Below, one piece after another: positions 39,296-51,600 of a stretch of 64,000 bases of DNA; position 1 is the first letter of the stretch; every line of letters begins with the position of its first letter. Below the pieces are notes generated by a model that made no database searches, was not told where the DNA came from, and saw only the letters and a list, made by a program, of their open reading frames with translations. The stretch lies in NCBI GenBank assembly GCA_964270895.1, contig OZ185445.1. One strand, given 5' to 3'. Source of the DNA: Podarcis filfolensis (Eukaryota). The translations under genes were made by a program, and so were the position numbers.

Positions 39296-40480
39296 GCAGA
39301 GCACCCACAACTGATTTCTTCACAGCTCGCTAGGAAAGGGAGAGGTTGCAGGGGCTGCAGCTAATTGCAATTGCATAGTTGCGGGTGGGGGGGTCTTTTT
39401 TATCCCGTATCTCTTCATCACCGGCTGTACACCCACTCCGGCATCAACTGCCAAAACATCATCACTGGTGCATGCAAACTTGGGCACGGAGACGGTGCTT
39501 CAGAGAGAGCAAGGTGGCTCTCCAGCAGCCCTGGAGAGCGGCTAGCCGACAACCCAGCCTGTGTGACCTCAACGCCCAACAAGAACTAAAATTCCCTCTG
39601 CCCAAACCTCTCCAACTCCTGCTGTTACGCTTTATATTACTTTAAACTGACTTGCATTTATGCCTACTCCTCGCTACTAGTTTAATCGGTTTCCTGCCTT
39701 TTGCTGCACAGTTATTATTTTTTACCATATTTATGACTTGGAACTTGGAAATCACCTTGCAGCCTTTTGGGGGCCCAAAAGGAGAGGTGGAACTCTCTCA
39801 ACAAGGTTGGAGCTTCTCCTCTGAAGGCTCCACTTCATGAGGCTTCCTCAAGACCAACTTGTCACCCCGAGGCTCACATCAGCAGGTGCTCCTCACGTCT
39901 CTTCTTGAGAAGCGTGCAAAGTACCGTCCCACCCCACAAAACACAAGCTCTTCATCCCCTCCTGAGAACCTGGTCAAAGTTTTCAATGCTTGTTTGTTGG
40001 GCAGTCCTCTGTGTGTGTTTGGCTCCCTCGGTTCACAGACATCTCTGGTGGAGTTTTAAGGACACACCCTCTCAAAATGGGAATAGGTGGATGGGTTGTA
40101 GCAGCATTGAAGAACACAGCCTTAGTCCCCGTAAGACACAAAACGGAAGTCAGAGGATCTCTCCCAGCTGCATGAATGGGCAATAAAATGGCAAACGAGG
40201 TTCAATCTGAATAAGCATGAAGTGATGGAGGGGGGGGGAAGTGGGGAGTATATCCCATATATACTGAAGGAGTCTGAGCTGGTGACAACTGACCAGGAGA
40301 GAGATGTTGGGGTTGCAGTTGATAAATAAATGGAAATATGGAGCAGTGTGCAGCAGCAGCAGCAGCGAGAAGACAAATTTCATGCTACAGAGTATTAGGA
40401 AATAAAGTTTTAAGTACTGTACTGCTGCTAGTGAAATTTGTGGTGCAACCACATCTGGAATAATACAAATATATAAAAAT

Positions 40481-40682
40481 AAAAATATTGTCCAGTTGCA
40501 CCTTAGAGACCAAGTAAGTTTGTTCTTGGTATGAGCGTTAGGTATCTGAAGAAGTGTGCATGCACACAAACACTCATACCAAGAACAAACTTAGTTGGTC
40601 TCTAAGGTGCAACTGAACAATTTTTTTATGTTTCATATATATTTCTACTGCATCAGACCAACACGGCTACCTACCTGAATCT
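40481..40682. mobile_element. Penelope-like element terminal (pseudo-LTR) fragment with an inverted partial duplication
   Basis: ctgaagaagtgtgcatgcacac...ctcataccaagaacaaacttagttggtctctaaggtgc...gaccaacacggctacctacctgaatct resembles reptile PLE ends (from memory). 40481-40539 is a 59-bp inverted copy of 40569-40627. Confidence 0.75.
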
Positions 40683-40689
40683 GGAATAT

Positions 40690-41100
40690 TACAGACACTT
40701 CTGGTTGCCTCATCTCAAAAAAGAACATCACAAGAGTTGCAAAAGGGACAGAAAACATGGTTCAAAATGATCAGGGAACTGCAGCACCTCCAAGAAGAGG
40801 AAATGCTGACTTTTGGAGATTTTTAGACAGATGGAAGTTGTGTGTATGAAGTGTGGAAGGGGGAGCTTAGTGCAGAGATTACACACAGTATATGGGAAGC
40901 AAAGGTTTTGCTTCCCACCAGATTTTCCCCTCTCTCTTTTGATCACCTAGTGAAACTGACTAATAGCAGATTCAGGACACAAGAGAAAATTCCGCTTCAC
41001 ATTTTTAATTAACTTACAGAACTCGCTGCCGGAATATGTGATTATGGCTTCTAGCTTAGATGGTTTTAAAAGGTTTAGAGAAATTCACAGGGGGATGAGT
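40690..41100 (+). mobile_element. Old CR1 ORF2 3' fragment
   Basis: ttctggttgcctcatctcaaaaaagaacatcacaagagttgcaaaagggacagaaaa... is a degenerate FWSPHLKKDI-ELEKVQKRA-type segment, followed by a 3' tail with tagcttagatggttttaaaagg. Confidence 0.6.
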
Positions 41101-41129
41101 TCACTGGCAGCCTTCAGATCTGCTACAAG

Positions 41130-41330
41130 CAGCAGGTCACTGCTTTCCGTGGGAGTTTTTCACCTTAAAGTCCATAAAACAAAAGCAGTAACTCAGAGCA
41201 GGGCTTTCCATGTGGCAGCCCCTGTTTTGTGGAACAGAATCCTTGCCGAGATACAATAGGGGCCAACTATCTGTACTTTCATTAACAATTAAATATGTTT
41301 TTGTTTGGGAAGGCTTTTGCAGTTGGATGA
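41130..41330 (+). mobile_element. L2-type LINE 3' fragment
   Basis: Encodes ...SRAFHVAAPVLWNRIL..., like the RAFSVAAPxLWNxLP end of L2 ORF2. Confidence 0.55.
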
Positions 41331-41984
41331 AGAGGTCTCTGCTTTCAGTGCTTATTCTGTATTGTTTTTAAACCCACCGTGAGTTTGTTTTTAAACCTAT
41401 TTTTAGCCATTTTTATGGTACGTTGTGTTTGGAAAAAGGCATTTTAATTAATTAATTAGTCACAGCATAGTAACTGCTGTTATTTTGGTTTGCATTGGCC
41501 TGCTGTTTCAATTATACTTCCTTGTTTCTGAGCATGTACCTGTCATCAACACATCTTTTTTTCTGATCTGCCTTCTGAGTGAGAGAGAGATGAAGAGATT
41601 GTGTAGCTATTTTCAAAAGGCCACAGAAGAATTCGATGGAAATAAATGACCAAAATGCTTTAGCGGAGGGCGAGTGATGGGAGTTGCCCAAGATTATGGG
41701 GAAAGGGAAGGGTCTGGAGAAGGCAAAATAAGCCCTGGTTGTCTCAGGTGAGTGTGTGGCAGCTCGTGTCAGGTGTGTGTGCAGGAGCCAGGCCCTGTGA
41801 CCAATAGGACTTTGCAGGACTGGGGCCTTCCTAAGATTGTTCTGAAGAGGCAAGGCGCAGCCACACAGGTGAGGCTTATTGGTAACTCACAGCACCTGGT
41901 GGCTAGAGCTGGGAAGGGATATAAGGTCAGCATTTCCCTTCGGCTTTTTACCGCAGCAGCACATTTCCTGCCTTGCTGCATTTG

Positions 41985-42175
41985 GCTTCTTGCTTCCTGA
42001 TCCTTGAACCTCTGCTTCTTGACTCCTTGCTTCTTGATTCTCGGATCCTTGACTTCTTGACTCCTTGCATCTTGCGCCTCGAACCCCTGACTTCTTGACT
42101 CCTTGCTTCCTGACCCTCGGACCCTTGGCTTCTTGACTCCCGGCTCTCTGACCCTCGGACTCTTGGCTCCTGGAC
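41985..42175. repeat. 38-bp minisatellite, about 4.5-5 degenerate copies
   Basis: ttcttgactcc recurs at 42016, 42054, 42092 and 42130. Confidence 0.8.
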
Positions 42176-43637
42176 CCCCCTTCCTGCTCCCACCCCGCCA
42201 TCTTGCCCCCGGTCCTGACGTCCCCTGCCAGGACTTCAATCGCCCGTGAACCGGACTGTGACAGCTCAAAAGACAAGCCACACCAGGGCAGGTCATCCAA
42301 CATGAAGCTCACTCCCAGACCAGAGAGCGGAAGGAAGAAAAAGAGATCACCTCCAGACCTAACCTGGGGAACCTCCCGATGGTCCAATGTCAGGTTCAAA
42401 GGCCTGACAGCCACAACCTGTGAGAGACTCCAGGAGCCTCCTGCCAGGAATGCAGAGCACCAACAGGGAGGCTCTCCAAGCAGTTGTGTCGACCTCACCA
42501 GGGAAGCTGCTTTCTAATAGCAGCGCCTCCTCAGAACAAGCTGCCGCCACACAGAAGCTCTCTGGATGCATTCCTCGTGGAGGCAGAACAGGGCTTCAGT
42601 CTAGATACCAAGGAATTTAAGGTAGCAAAAGACAATCCACAGAGGAAGGGGTTGGAAGAGGTCCACTCTGAGCTGCAGCAGCTCTCCAAGAAAGCTTTAT
42701 TCGGATGAAGCTGGAGAAGGAAGCTGGGAGCTTCTGCAGGCAAAGCGACAGCCTTTCCCTGGGGTTCCACTTCCAGTTAGGAGTTTAAACATTTTGCACA
42801 GTGGGGGCCTTGAGTTTTAATTCACTGCTAAGACTTAATTTGGGGCTGAATCAGTAAGGAATTATTAAAACTGATAAAGAAAGAGTTCAGCAATGTAGGC
42901 CAAGTGCTTTGATGTCTATGAGGTATACATAATTCTATATTTAAAAAATCCTAGTTATCTCTCTACTTCATTCCAACTTCCTGAAGAGTAAAGCTCTGAA
43001 CTCCAGATAAACTGTATGGTAAGCAATTCTTCCCTAAGCATGTGGGTGGATAAACCACAGAAGATGCAGCTGAGCCTCTAGCAGAAAACGGCCCGTCAAA
43101 TGAACACCAGAGCCCTCTCCCCCCGCCTCTCTCTCTCTCACACACACACACAAAGGCTCCTGCTCTAGAGAAGGGTGCAAATGCATTAGTGACTGACTGT
43201 ACAGGGAGAGGAAGACCAATGCTCTGGGAGAGGCGAGGCAGGGAGGGTAACATCCATCAGATGCTAGACAAGAGGGGCTTGAGCTCTCATCTCAACCATC
43301 TTCTCAGCCCCAGCTCAGCATAAACCACAGAGCAGAAGAGGCTTCCCTCAAGTGTCTAGATAGAAAGAAATTGTGTCAACCACCCAGACCAACTTCTGAT
43401 TTCAGAGACTGGCCTTGTCTACAATAAACTTCCCAGAACCATTTGGATCCATTGGTCTCTGGAGGCAGAACACATCCACACGCCCTGCTGCCCCGTGGAG
43501 TCTAAACTAGGGAATCATCTAACCATAACAACAAGGGAACTAGACCAAATTCCTCAGGTATACAGGACCGAGGCACAAGCAGGGAGGGGCAGGTAGCCCT
43601 TTGGCACATCCCAATGCCGAATCAGGCAACAGCTGGT

Positions 43638-43658
43638 GCTGCTGACCATGGTGCTGAA
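43638..43658 (-). promoter_or_regulatory. Second RE1/NRSE-like motif
   Basis: The reverse complement reads TTCAGCACCATGGTCAGCAGC, with one change in the right half-site (GGTCAG for GGACAG). Confidence 0.55.
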
Positions 43659-44147
43659 GGGCAGCTCAGCATGTTCCTCTTGTTTCACCACCTTGTCTCT
43701 TAGGTCCACTAACACGGCTAGCTCTGTATCTTAGCTTGAATGACAACAGGAACATCTCCTGCGCCTCCTCCCTGGCAGGCTGTCTCTCGCTGAAAACGCA
43801 CACAAAGAACCTTTCCAGTGAATATAACTCAGGTTGTCCCAGTCTGCGTCTCTATTAGAAATTGTTTTTGTATATGCAGCTGTTTTAAACTGCACATACA
43901 GGATAGTTTGCATATATGCAATTGTTTTTATTGTTGACGATTTTACTGTGAAATCGATTCAAGATATGTCATGAGAAGCAATTCACAAAAGGAATAGGTA
44001 AGAGGGCAAATGAGCAGGAGAACATGGCCCAAAACTGTGTCTCGGTGATTCCTTGACTGTGAGAGGGTGACCTCAGGATATTCTCAGCTCTTTTCCTGGG
44101 AAAAAGTCTTGGATGCACAAGCTGGTGGTACTGACAAGGTTGGGATA

Positions 44148-44168
44148 GTTGTTGTTGTTGTTGTTGTT

Positions 44169-44222
<54 letters not shown>
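44148..44222. repeat. Compound (GTT)n(AAT)n microsatellite
   Basis: Direct reading. Confidence 0.95.
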
Positions 44223-44467
44223 GAATTTATTTACTGCCCTATAACCCAGAAGTTATTGCTATCCCTGTTCCAGAGATTCCTTTCATTGTGATTTTTAATC
44301 CCAGTATGGGGTTCTATTGTTCTAACCTTTGCACAACTGTTAAGACAATTTGTTCTATGAGGAATCTCATATATGCAGTCAATGTAAACATTTTGCAATC
44401 CTCCTGAAGAGCAAAAAAACAACACCTGCCGCCTCCTATCATGTGCACTACACTTCCCTTTAAGCCA

Positions 44468-44600
44468 CGGATGGGGAACACTTGTGGTCCTCCAGATGTT
44501 GCTGGACTCCCAGCTCTTACCAGCTCCAGCATCCAGCATGGCCAATGAGCAGGGATGGTGGGAGTTGGGAGTCCAATGTGGTCTGGAGGGCCAGGGAGGG
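44468..44600. mobile_element. Degenerate copy of the same palindromic MITE family
   Basis: tccagatgttgctggactcccagctc ... gggagttgggagtccaatgtggtctggag arms. Ends are approximate. Confidence 0.55.
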
Positions 44601-46120
44601 GCACCCCTGCTGTAAACTGACCCATCACCCCTCCAAACACATCCAGTCAGCCACAGCAGCAAGGCTGTATTTGCTGCAGAGAAGATTCCCTCTGCTGTTG
44701 GTCCTTACAAACTGTGCCTCATTCCATTAAGGGAGCTTCCCCCTGCACTGAACCAGAACTGACACAACAATGCTACTTTAGGCAGACGCTTAAAATCTCT
44801 CCACTGCACCCGCCACAAAAAGCGGGACCCTCCAATTAAAGCTGCTGAGATGAGATAGCTCTCAAAAGCCCAGGGCGAGGATAAGCTCTGTTTGAAGAAA
44901 GGGCTGTGAAGCCCCACCTGAGAAGAAGGCAAGGCTGAAGGATGGGGCGAAGTCAAACAACGGAAACCCGTTAGCCCCAAAGGCAGCAGCCAGCCAGTGT
45001 TTGCAGCAGAAGGATTAAGCGGATCAAGCTCTCTAGCCTGCTCTCTTGATTGCATTTCTGCCAATGAGTCTCCCAGCCAACAGATGGGAACTGCAGGAGC
45101 TTCACCCCTTCGTGCATTTGGAAACCCAGGGTTACTGCTGGCATTTTAGCACTGATTTAAATTTAACCCCTTCAATATGCAGCTCCTGGATAATTTTTGT
45201 TGCCGGGGGACTGCACAACATCTCCCAAGCCCTTCAGTGCCATCCAAGTGCCTCTGAACACCAGCTGCTGGAGATCCTCTTGGGCTTCTCAGAGGCGTCT
45301 GGCTGGTCATGGCATGAACAGGATGCCAGACTAGACGGGCCCCCATTTGTCTCTCCAGCTTCAGAGATCTCCTGATGCTCTTATCAAGGTGCCGCCTTTG
45401 CACCTCTCAATAGCTCTAACAATTTGCTCTTTCTGAGTATTACCCGCTGTGACATATCTCCTGGGGTGCCCTGTCCACTTAACCTCATTTGATAGACAGA
45501 TAAATAATAGAAAAACTATGCCCTGCGCCTCTCCTGTTTATTTCTATGGGGCTCAAAAGAGGGATATTCCCAGATGATTATGTCTTCAGCTAGAGAAGGT
45601 TCCAAATGGGAGAAGACTATGTTTGCAGGGCTTTCTTTCTCCCAAAAGCAAATGCTTCCTGTGCACAAACGGTTTGGACTTCATCTGCATAATTTATTCC
45701 CCAGAATTCTGTTTCACATATTTGCTTTGGCTTAACGTTCAGTATCCCTTCTGCTTGGGAAGGACTTCTGAGTCCTAATGACAGTCCTCGCTCATTATTT
45801 AAACAGAAAAGCAGCCGCTGATGTTTACCAAAGTGCCCACAACTCCTGTGTTCTGCCTCCACTCCAAACGGGTTGTCCAGATGGCACCCCTGACCACAAA
45901 AATGCCCATTGGTGCATCATAATGGGTCTCCAAAACACCACCAAAAAAGCATACTAAACCATAAGGCCATGACAGATGAGCCCCGTTTATGAGATTATTG
46001 GACACTTTTCAAAAATGAGGCAAAGAGAATATGGAAAGAAAAAATGCATCCACATCCTAAGCTGACCATGTCTGAAAAAGGAGCCGCAACTTACCTGTGC
46101 ACCTGCCTGCTTCTGTGCTA

Positions 46121-47135
46121 GGGGGAGGGCTATAGCTCAGTGGTCCAGCATCTGCTGTGCCTGCAGAAGGTCCCAGGTTCAATGCCTGGCTTCTCCCGAC
46201 AGGGCTGGGTGAGACCTCTCTCTGCCTGAAATCCCAGAGAGGTCTGGCCAAATCAAAGTAGACACTTGTCAGAGCTGCCCAAGGTCCCAGCTCACAAAGG
46301 ACCAACGCTGCTTCGTTGTTAAGTACAAAAGTCTTTATTGAAGTTCAGTTTCACTTCCAGAGCCGCAGCGCGCAGCTCTACGTCTCAACTGTCAGACCAC
46401 TGATGCTCCGTCTGAGTCTCCTCCCCCCAGACACCAATTTAAGACTCTCGCCTTACTCCACCTCTTCCTCTGTTCCTTCCGCCTCTGGTTCCGCCTGGCC
46501 GTTGGGGTCTCGCCCTTTCTAGACTCTTCTGACACTGAGTCCCCTGAGCCTTCTCCCTCCCTCCGGCGGGCTTTAGGAGCTGGTTCCCCATCCAGGTCTC
46601 CTGCTGTTCCCCACGCCTGTACATTTGAACTTGGCACGCGCGCCCAGCCGGTAACTTTTCTCCTGACCGTTTCACTGCTGCTGCTGTCACTGCTTCCCCC
46701 TCTGGGGGGGCTAGCTGCAACTGACCTCCCCTCCGTTGGAGGCGTGGTCAGCCCTGACTCACTTTCTCTCCCCGCTGGAGGAGACGCTGGCCCTGACACA
46801 TGTGACTCTTCCCCGCCACTACGCTCTGGTGGGGAAACTGGTCCCGATCCCCCACTGCTGCTTTGGGGTTCCCCTCTGGCTCCTTGTTTCTGGTGCGTCC
46901 CCCCTGGGACCCCCCTTGCCCTGACCATCGGCGCCCCCTTCTGGGAATCTTCTGATTCGCTGGAGAAGCTCATGGAATCTCTCGGGCCACTGTCATACTC
47001 CCCTATGCTGCCCTCGGATTCTTCCCCTTTGCTCTCCATTTCCTCTCTCCCCAGTGCTCCTGCTCCTGAGCCCCTGACAACACTGATGATGGGTCATTGC
47101 TCTGACTCACTATACGGCAGTCTCCTTTGCTCCTA
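46121..47135 (+). mobile_element. tRNA-derived SINE (Squam3-like), split by a solo LTR; SINE parts are 46121-46266 and 47080-47135
   Basis: Head has A-box tagctcagtgg and B-box ggttcaatgcc. The body ...gtagacact resumes after the insertion as acactgatgatgggtcattgctctgactcactatacggcag. Confidence 0.75.
46267..47079 (-). mobile_element. Solo LTR, 813 bp
   Basis: TGTCAG...CTGACA termini, a 5-bp TSD (ACACT) on both sides, and a minus-strand AATAAA at 46334-46339, about 70 nt from the end. Confidence 0.85.
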
Positions 47136-47638
47136 AAGGTGATGGACTGATTTAAAAACACATGAAGTGGCAGGTTCACTCCCCTGGGCAAACTGCTAGC
47201 AGGTCAACCTTCCCAGAATGGTCAAAATGCAAAACATTCTTGGGTGCCTGTTTGGGCTCTTTTATTCGGTGTGCTATTATTTTCAGACCAGTGAGTTGCA
47301 AAGGGAAGTCGAGATGCTTTCTGGCATTTGTGCATTCACTACTACAGCCACTAAGTATAACCAGCAACTTCCTTTACAGTTGACTGAAGGAGGATTGGCC
47401 CGGCTGTTGTGTAAAAGCACATCTTAAACAAACTCCTTAAAAAATGGGGCCACAGTCCAATTTTTCCCAACACCGACTGGCTCATCCAGTGAAGGAACAC
47501 ATCCAAGCTGCGTTTTCCTATGGAAACAGAACACAGATTCATTCCACTTGCGAATGGACCTGTTATACCACTGGCTGGAAATCCATAGCCCAGGAAGCAC
47601 CTGGAGCTTCATAAAGTTCTGACTGGACAAAACCTCTG

Positions 47639-47771
47639 CAGCAACCTTCCCCAACCTGGTGCCCTCTAGAAGTTTTGAACTACAACTCCCATCCGTGCAG
47701 CTCCATGGGGACGGTGCAGATGGGAGTTGTAGTGCAAAACACCTGGATGGCGCCAACTGAGGGGAAGGCTG
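47639..47771. mobile_element. Related palindromic MITE copy
   Basis: ccttccccaacctggtgccctctagaagttttgaactacaactcccatc ... gatgggagttgtagtgcaaaacacctggatggcgccaactgaggggaaggctg, forming inverted arms. Confidence 0.7.
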
Positions 47772-48224
47772 TTCTATGGGCTTCTGTGAACTGCGTGGAG
47801 AAGCGCTTTCTTTTCTCTGTCCTGAATACTCCAAGATGCAGCTATGCTGGATGCCCACAAGTTCCAGGGTTATGAGAGAGGGAGAAAATCTTTCCTCTAT
47901 TCACTGTCTCCATGTCAGGCATCATTTCATTATCATTTAAAAGGCTGCCCTTTTCTGAGCCTTTTCCAACTGTACGGCATCCTTTTTTCAGGCAAGGTGA
48001 CCAGAACTGTACAAAGCATTCCAAAAGAAGACATCCCACAGATGTGTAAAACAGAAGTATGATGTTGGTAAGTTTTATTTTCAATTCCTCTCAACTGCCA
48101 TTTTATGACCCATTCACTCAGAATGCAGAGGTTCTTTTTGGGCTCCTCAGAATCCCTTTTTTGTTTTAGCAACCTAAACGACTTAGAATCAGCAGCAAAC
48201 TTGGCCACACCCCTAACTCTAGAT

Positions 48225-48471
48225 CAGGGGTCAGCAAACTTTTTCAGCAGGGGGCCGGTCCACTGTCCCCCAGACCTTGTGGAGGACCGGACTATAATTT
48301 GAAAACAAAAAACGAATTCCTATGCCCCACAAATAACCTAGAGATGCATTTTAAATAAAAGCACACATTCTACTCATGGAAAAACACGCTGATTCCCGGA
48401 CCGTCCAAGGGCCGGATTTAGAAGGCGATTGGGCCGGATCCAGCCTCCGGGCCTTAGGTTGCCTACCCATG
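48225..48471. mobile_element. hAT (Charlie-like) MITE inside the CR1 relic
   Basis: Ends CAGGGGTCAGCAAACT / AGGTTGCCTACCCATG; flanked by CTCTAGAT and CTCTAGGAT. Confidence 0.82.
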
Positions 48472-48480
48472 CTCTAGGAT

Positions 48481-48617
48481 CAGCAGTTCTCAACCTGTGG
48501 GTCCCCAGATGTTGTTGGACTACAACTCCCATCATCCCTGAGCACTGGCCTTGCTAGCTAGGGGTGATGGGAGTGTATTTCAACAACATCTGGGGACCCA
48601 CAGGTTGAGAAAGGCTG
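48481..48617. mobile_element. Palindromic hAT-type MITE, 137 bp, in tandem with the previous one
   Basis: About 58-bp inverted arms (cagcagttctcaacctgtgggtccccagatgttgttgg... / ...caacaacatctggggacccacaggttgagaaaggctg), followed by CTCTAGAT. Confidence 0.85.
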
Positions 48618-51600
48618 CTCTAGATCATTTATGAACAAGTTTAAAAGCACAGGTCCCTGGAGGACTCCCTTCCTTCCTTCCCTCCAGCAGAACTGCTCAT
48701 TTATTTCTACACTCTGCCTCTTGTTACTGAACCAATTCCTGGTCCACAAGAGGACCTCTCCGCTTATATCATGACTGCTAAGCATACTGGAGAGTCTCTG
48801 ACAAGGTACTTTGCCAAAAGCTTTTTGAAAGTCCAAGAACACAATGTCAGCCAGAACACCTCTATCTATATGCCTCCTTAAACTCTCAAAGAACTCTTAA
48901 TAGGTTAGTGAGACTCTGCTTCAGCAAAGGCTTCTTCTTCTATATGCTTGGCTATTTTTATTTGACAATATTTTTCACCCGTTTTCCCAGGACAGACGTT
49001 AAGCTAAGCGACCTGTAATTTCCAGGTTCCCCCCTCCCCACGCCTGAATCCCTTTTAAACGTATTTGTGTCACATTGGACATGTTCCAGTCCTTGGGATC
49101 TTAGGGACAAGTTCCACGTTTCTGTTAGGAGATCAGCAATTTCACATTTGAGTGCTCCTAAGAACAAGGCTCTTTGTTGCATGAACCTTTTGACTCAGTA
49201 GAAGTCTGCTATCGTGAAACAGGCAGCACAGTCCGCAGCCCCATAGCAAAGAATGTGAAACTTAAATGGACTGTATTTTATAAAACCGAAAAGGAAAAAA
49301 AACACAAGAAGGAAAATTAACAAAGAACCAGTATGTGTATGTTTATCTTGTCTGCCAAGACGGGAGGGATTCTAGGGGAGGCGCCTTCTGCCTTGGGTTG
49401 CTAAAGCAAATCCAAGGGGGCACTCGCAGCTCCCCTTCTGCAACTTCTAGTAAAATGTGATCTGGCCCCTCACTGCAATCCAGATCAGAAGATCCCCATC
49501 AGTTCCTCAGAGAATACACATTGCTACCTCCACGTAACATTACAAGGATTTCCAAAATGGTCCTCCTTTGCCAACAACAAGAAGGTAAGACACATTCATT
49601 TGTATCAATTTAATAAGCCTGGCTATTGACATAATTCTCTCCTGACTCTCATTCCAGATGGATTCACTTTCAATTTACCCAGAAAGCCCTATGAATATTC
49701 ATCAACCTGGATATAAGTGTCGAAAACTTTATTAAGGACAACATGCAGACTTTGCCAATATTCAAGCTACTACGCCAGGAGTTAATGCGTGTAAATACCC
49801 CCCCCCACACACAAAGGACTATAATCTCATATGGAAATGTAAACAGCTTTTTTAAAGGGAAGTCAAAAGTATATGCCACATAACACTTTTAGAATAATAC
49901 TACATATGTATAGTCTTTTCTACGCTATGTGAAACATATTTGTTATTTTGCACCCCAGATGTAATGTTTCCACACCAGTAGCCCCGTACAGGAACCTGCA
50001 ACTCCAAGACAGACAGGTGTCTCTGACCAGTCTTTCGCTTCATAGTACTTAAATCTACAAGACACACAAGGCTCTCCTTGTCCGTTTTGCTTTCCACACA
50101 CAACAGCTGTGGTACCAGCTGCTGACAAACACAGCAGAGCAAAATTCACAGTCTGGCTTGCTTGCCTGAACTCCAAGCGTATCTGGTGTGAAAGGATTAA
50201 GATTTCAGCCAAACGTTCACTGCTTTCAAGTCCCGATTTGACCCAGGACTGGTTAAGGTTCATTTGCAACAGAGGAGAACCCCAAAATGTGGAAAATTCA
50301 CCCTTTAACCAGTGTGCACCTTTGCATTTCAAGAGTGTCCCATGGCCCAAGGCCCACACAGGGGAGGCAGACTCTGCCCAAAGCAAAAGAAGGCACCCAT
50401 GTTCCAAACCTTTGATTTGCCTGATGACACAGACCATGTGGGTTGCACACATGTGCAAGGGCATGGCTGAATTGCCAGGCTCCAGTTTGGGTCAAATGAT
50501 TTCAGGAATGGAGCCTACTCCACCAGGTCCATTATTGAAACATGTTATTTCCACTGGAACCAAATTCCAGTTGGGACGATAGTTTGCTATCCTGAACAGC
50601 TCTGCAATGGGTGCCACTGAGGATGAGTATTGCAACTATAAGAGTTTCCAAAAAAAGGTTATAGAAGATGCAAAGGGGGATACCCATCTTATTGTTGCTG
50701 CTACTGAATACAACTCTCTTCCGTGAACAGTGAAACACGACACAAGCACAAGCCAGAATAACGAAAAAGAGTTAATGTACCCATCTTGACAGGCGCGCAA
50801 GGAACCTTCCTGCTCACAGCAGACAAGTTTGTACTCCTATCTCCCGCTCCCAGGAGACGCATCAAGAGAAAACCTTGGTGCTTCTGGAGAGACGCCAGTG
50901 CAGCATCTCCACGGCGCATCCTGCCAGTTTCTCTGCCCCACAAGAAAGCAGACGGAGGGGGGCACGTGAAGGCAGGAGGGGTCTGCTTGCAGCATCAAGA
51001 GCCGCTTGTCGTTCACACACCACCAATTCTCTTTGTGCGCAGAAGCCTCCAGCGCTCTTGAGAGTTTTACTTTTCAAAACAATTCACTAAATGATTCAAA
51101 GCAGCATTTTTCAGAAGACAGACAAACTCGCCGGGTTGTTCTGTTAAAGCTCTTGGGTTGACGGCTTTTTGTAAATATCTCACATTTCTTACACCCGTCA
51201 GGATCTTTTAATTCAACTCAACAGGCTTCTGACTTGCTTAAGAATTACAAAAGTGTTTTGATACTCTGTGTAGCAAAACACAGTTTCTGCCCTGCGTGAG
51301 AAACTGCTAAGAAAGCCTGACATCAGTGTCAGATAGGTGCTCCTTTTGCCTGCTCTTATTTTGCAGAATTCCCTAAAACTACCACCCTGTATTTCCCCAC
51401 TTTAAGCTCAGATTTCCCCTTTCCATGAAAAATATCATTGCTGCTAAGGACCCTTTTGTGATACCTCAACAACACAGTTGCAATGCTAAGCTCACTCTCG
51501 AAGAGCCCGGTGACATTGTGTAAATTCTGATCCATCTAAAACGGCATGGTTGCAAACATGAGCCTATTTTGATCCAGGGCACATCAATGGCCTTCCACTG

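Larger units (their letters stand above)
47850..49165 (-). mobile_element. Degenerate CR1 LINE ORF2 (RT) relic, interrupted by two MITEs
   Basis: Frameshifted segments LKCEIADLL...GNYRSLSLTSVLGK, FLDFQKAFGKVP...VLLNLFINDLE, VAKFAADSKSFR and CFVQFWSPCLKK resemble CR1 RT motifs. Ends are approximate. Confidence 0.88.

Noticed and set aside
41769-42498. 175-aa and 203-aa repetitive ORFs
   Set aside because: They are translations of the 38-bp minisatellite.
46121-46200. tRNA gene
   Set aside because: A and B boxes are present, but there is no complete cloverleaf and the sequence continues into a SINE body.
46392-47039. 215-aa S/G/E/R-rich ORF as a nested gene
   Set aside because: It lies wholly inside the solo LTR, is low-complexity and has no gag/pol motifs.
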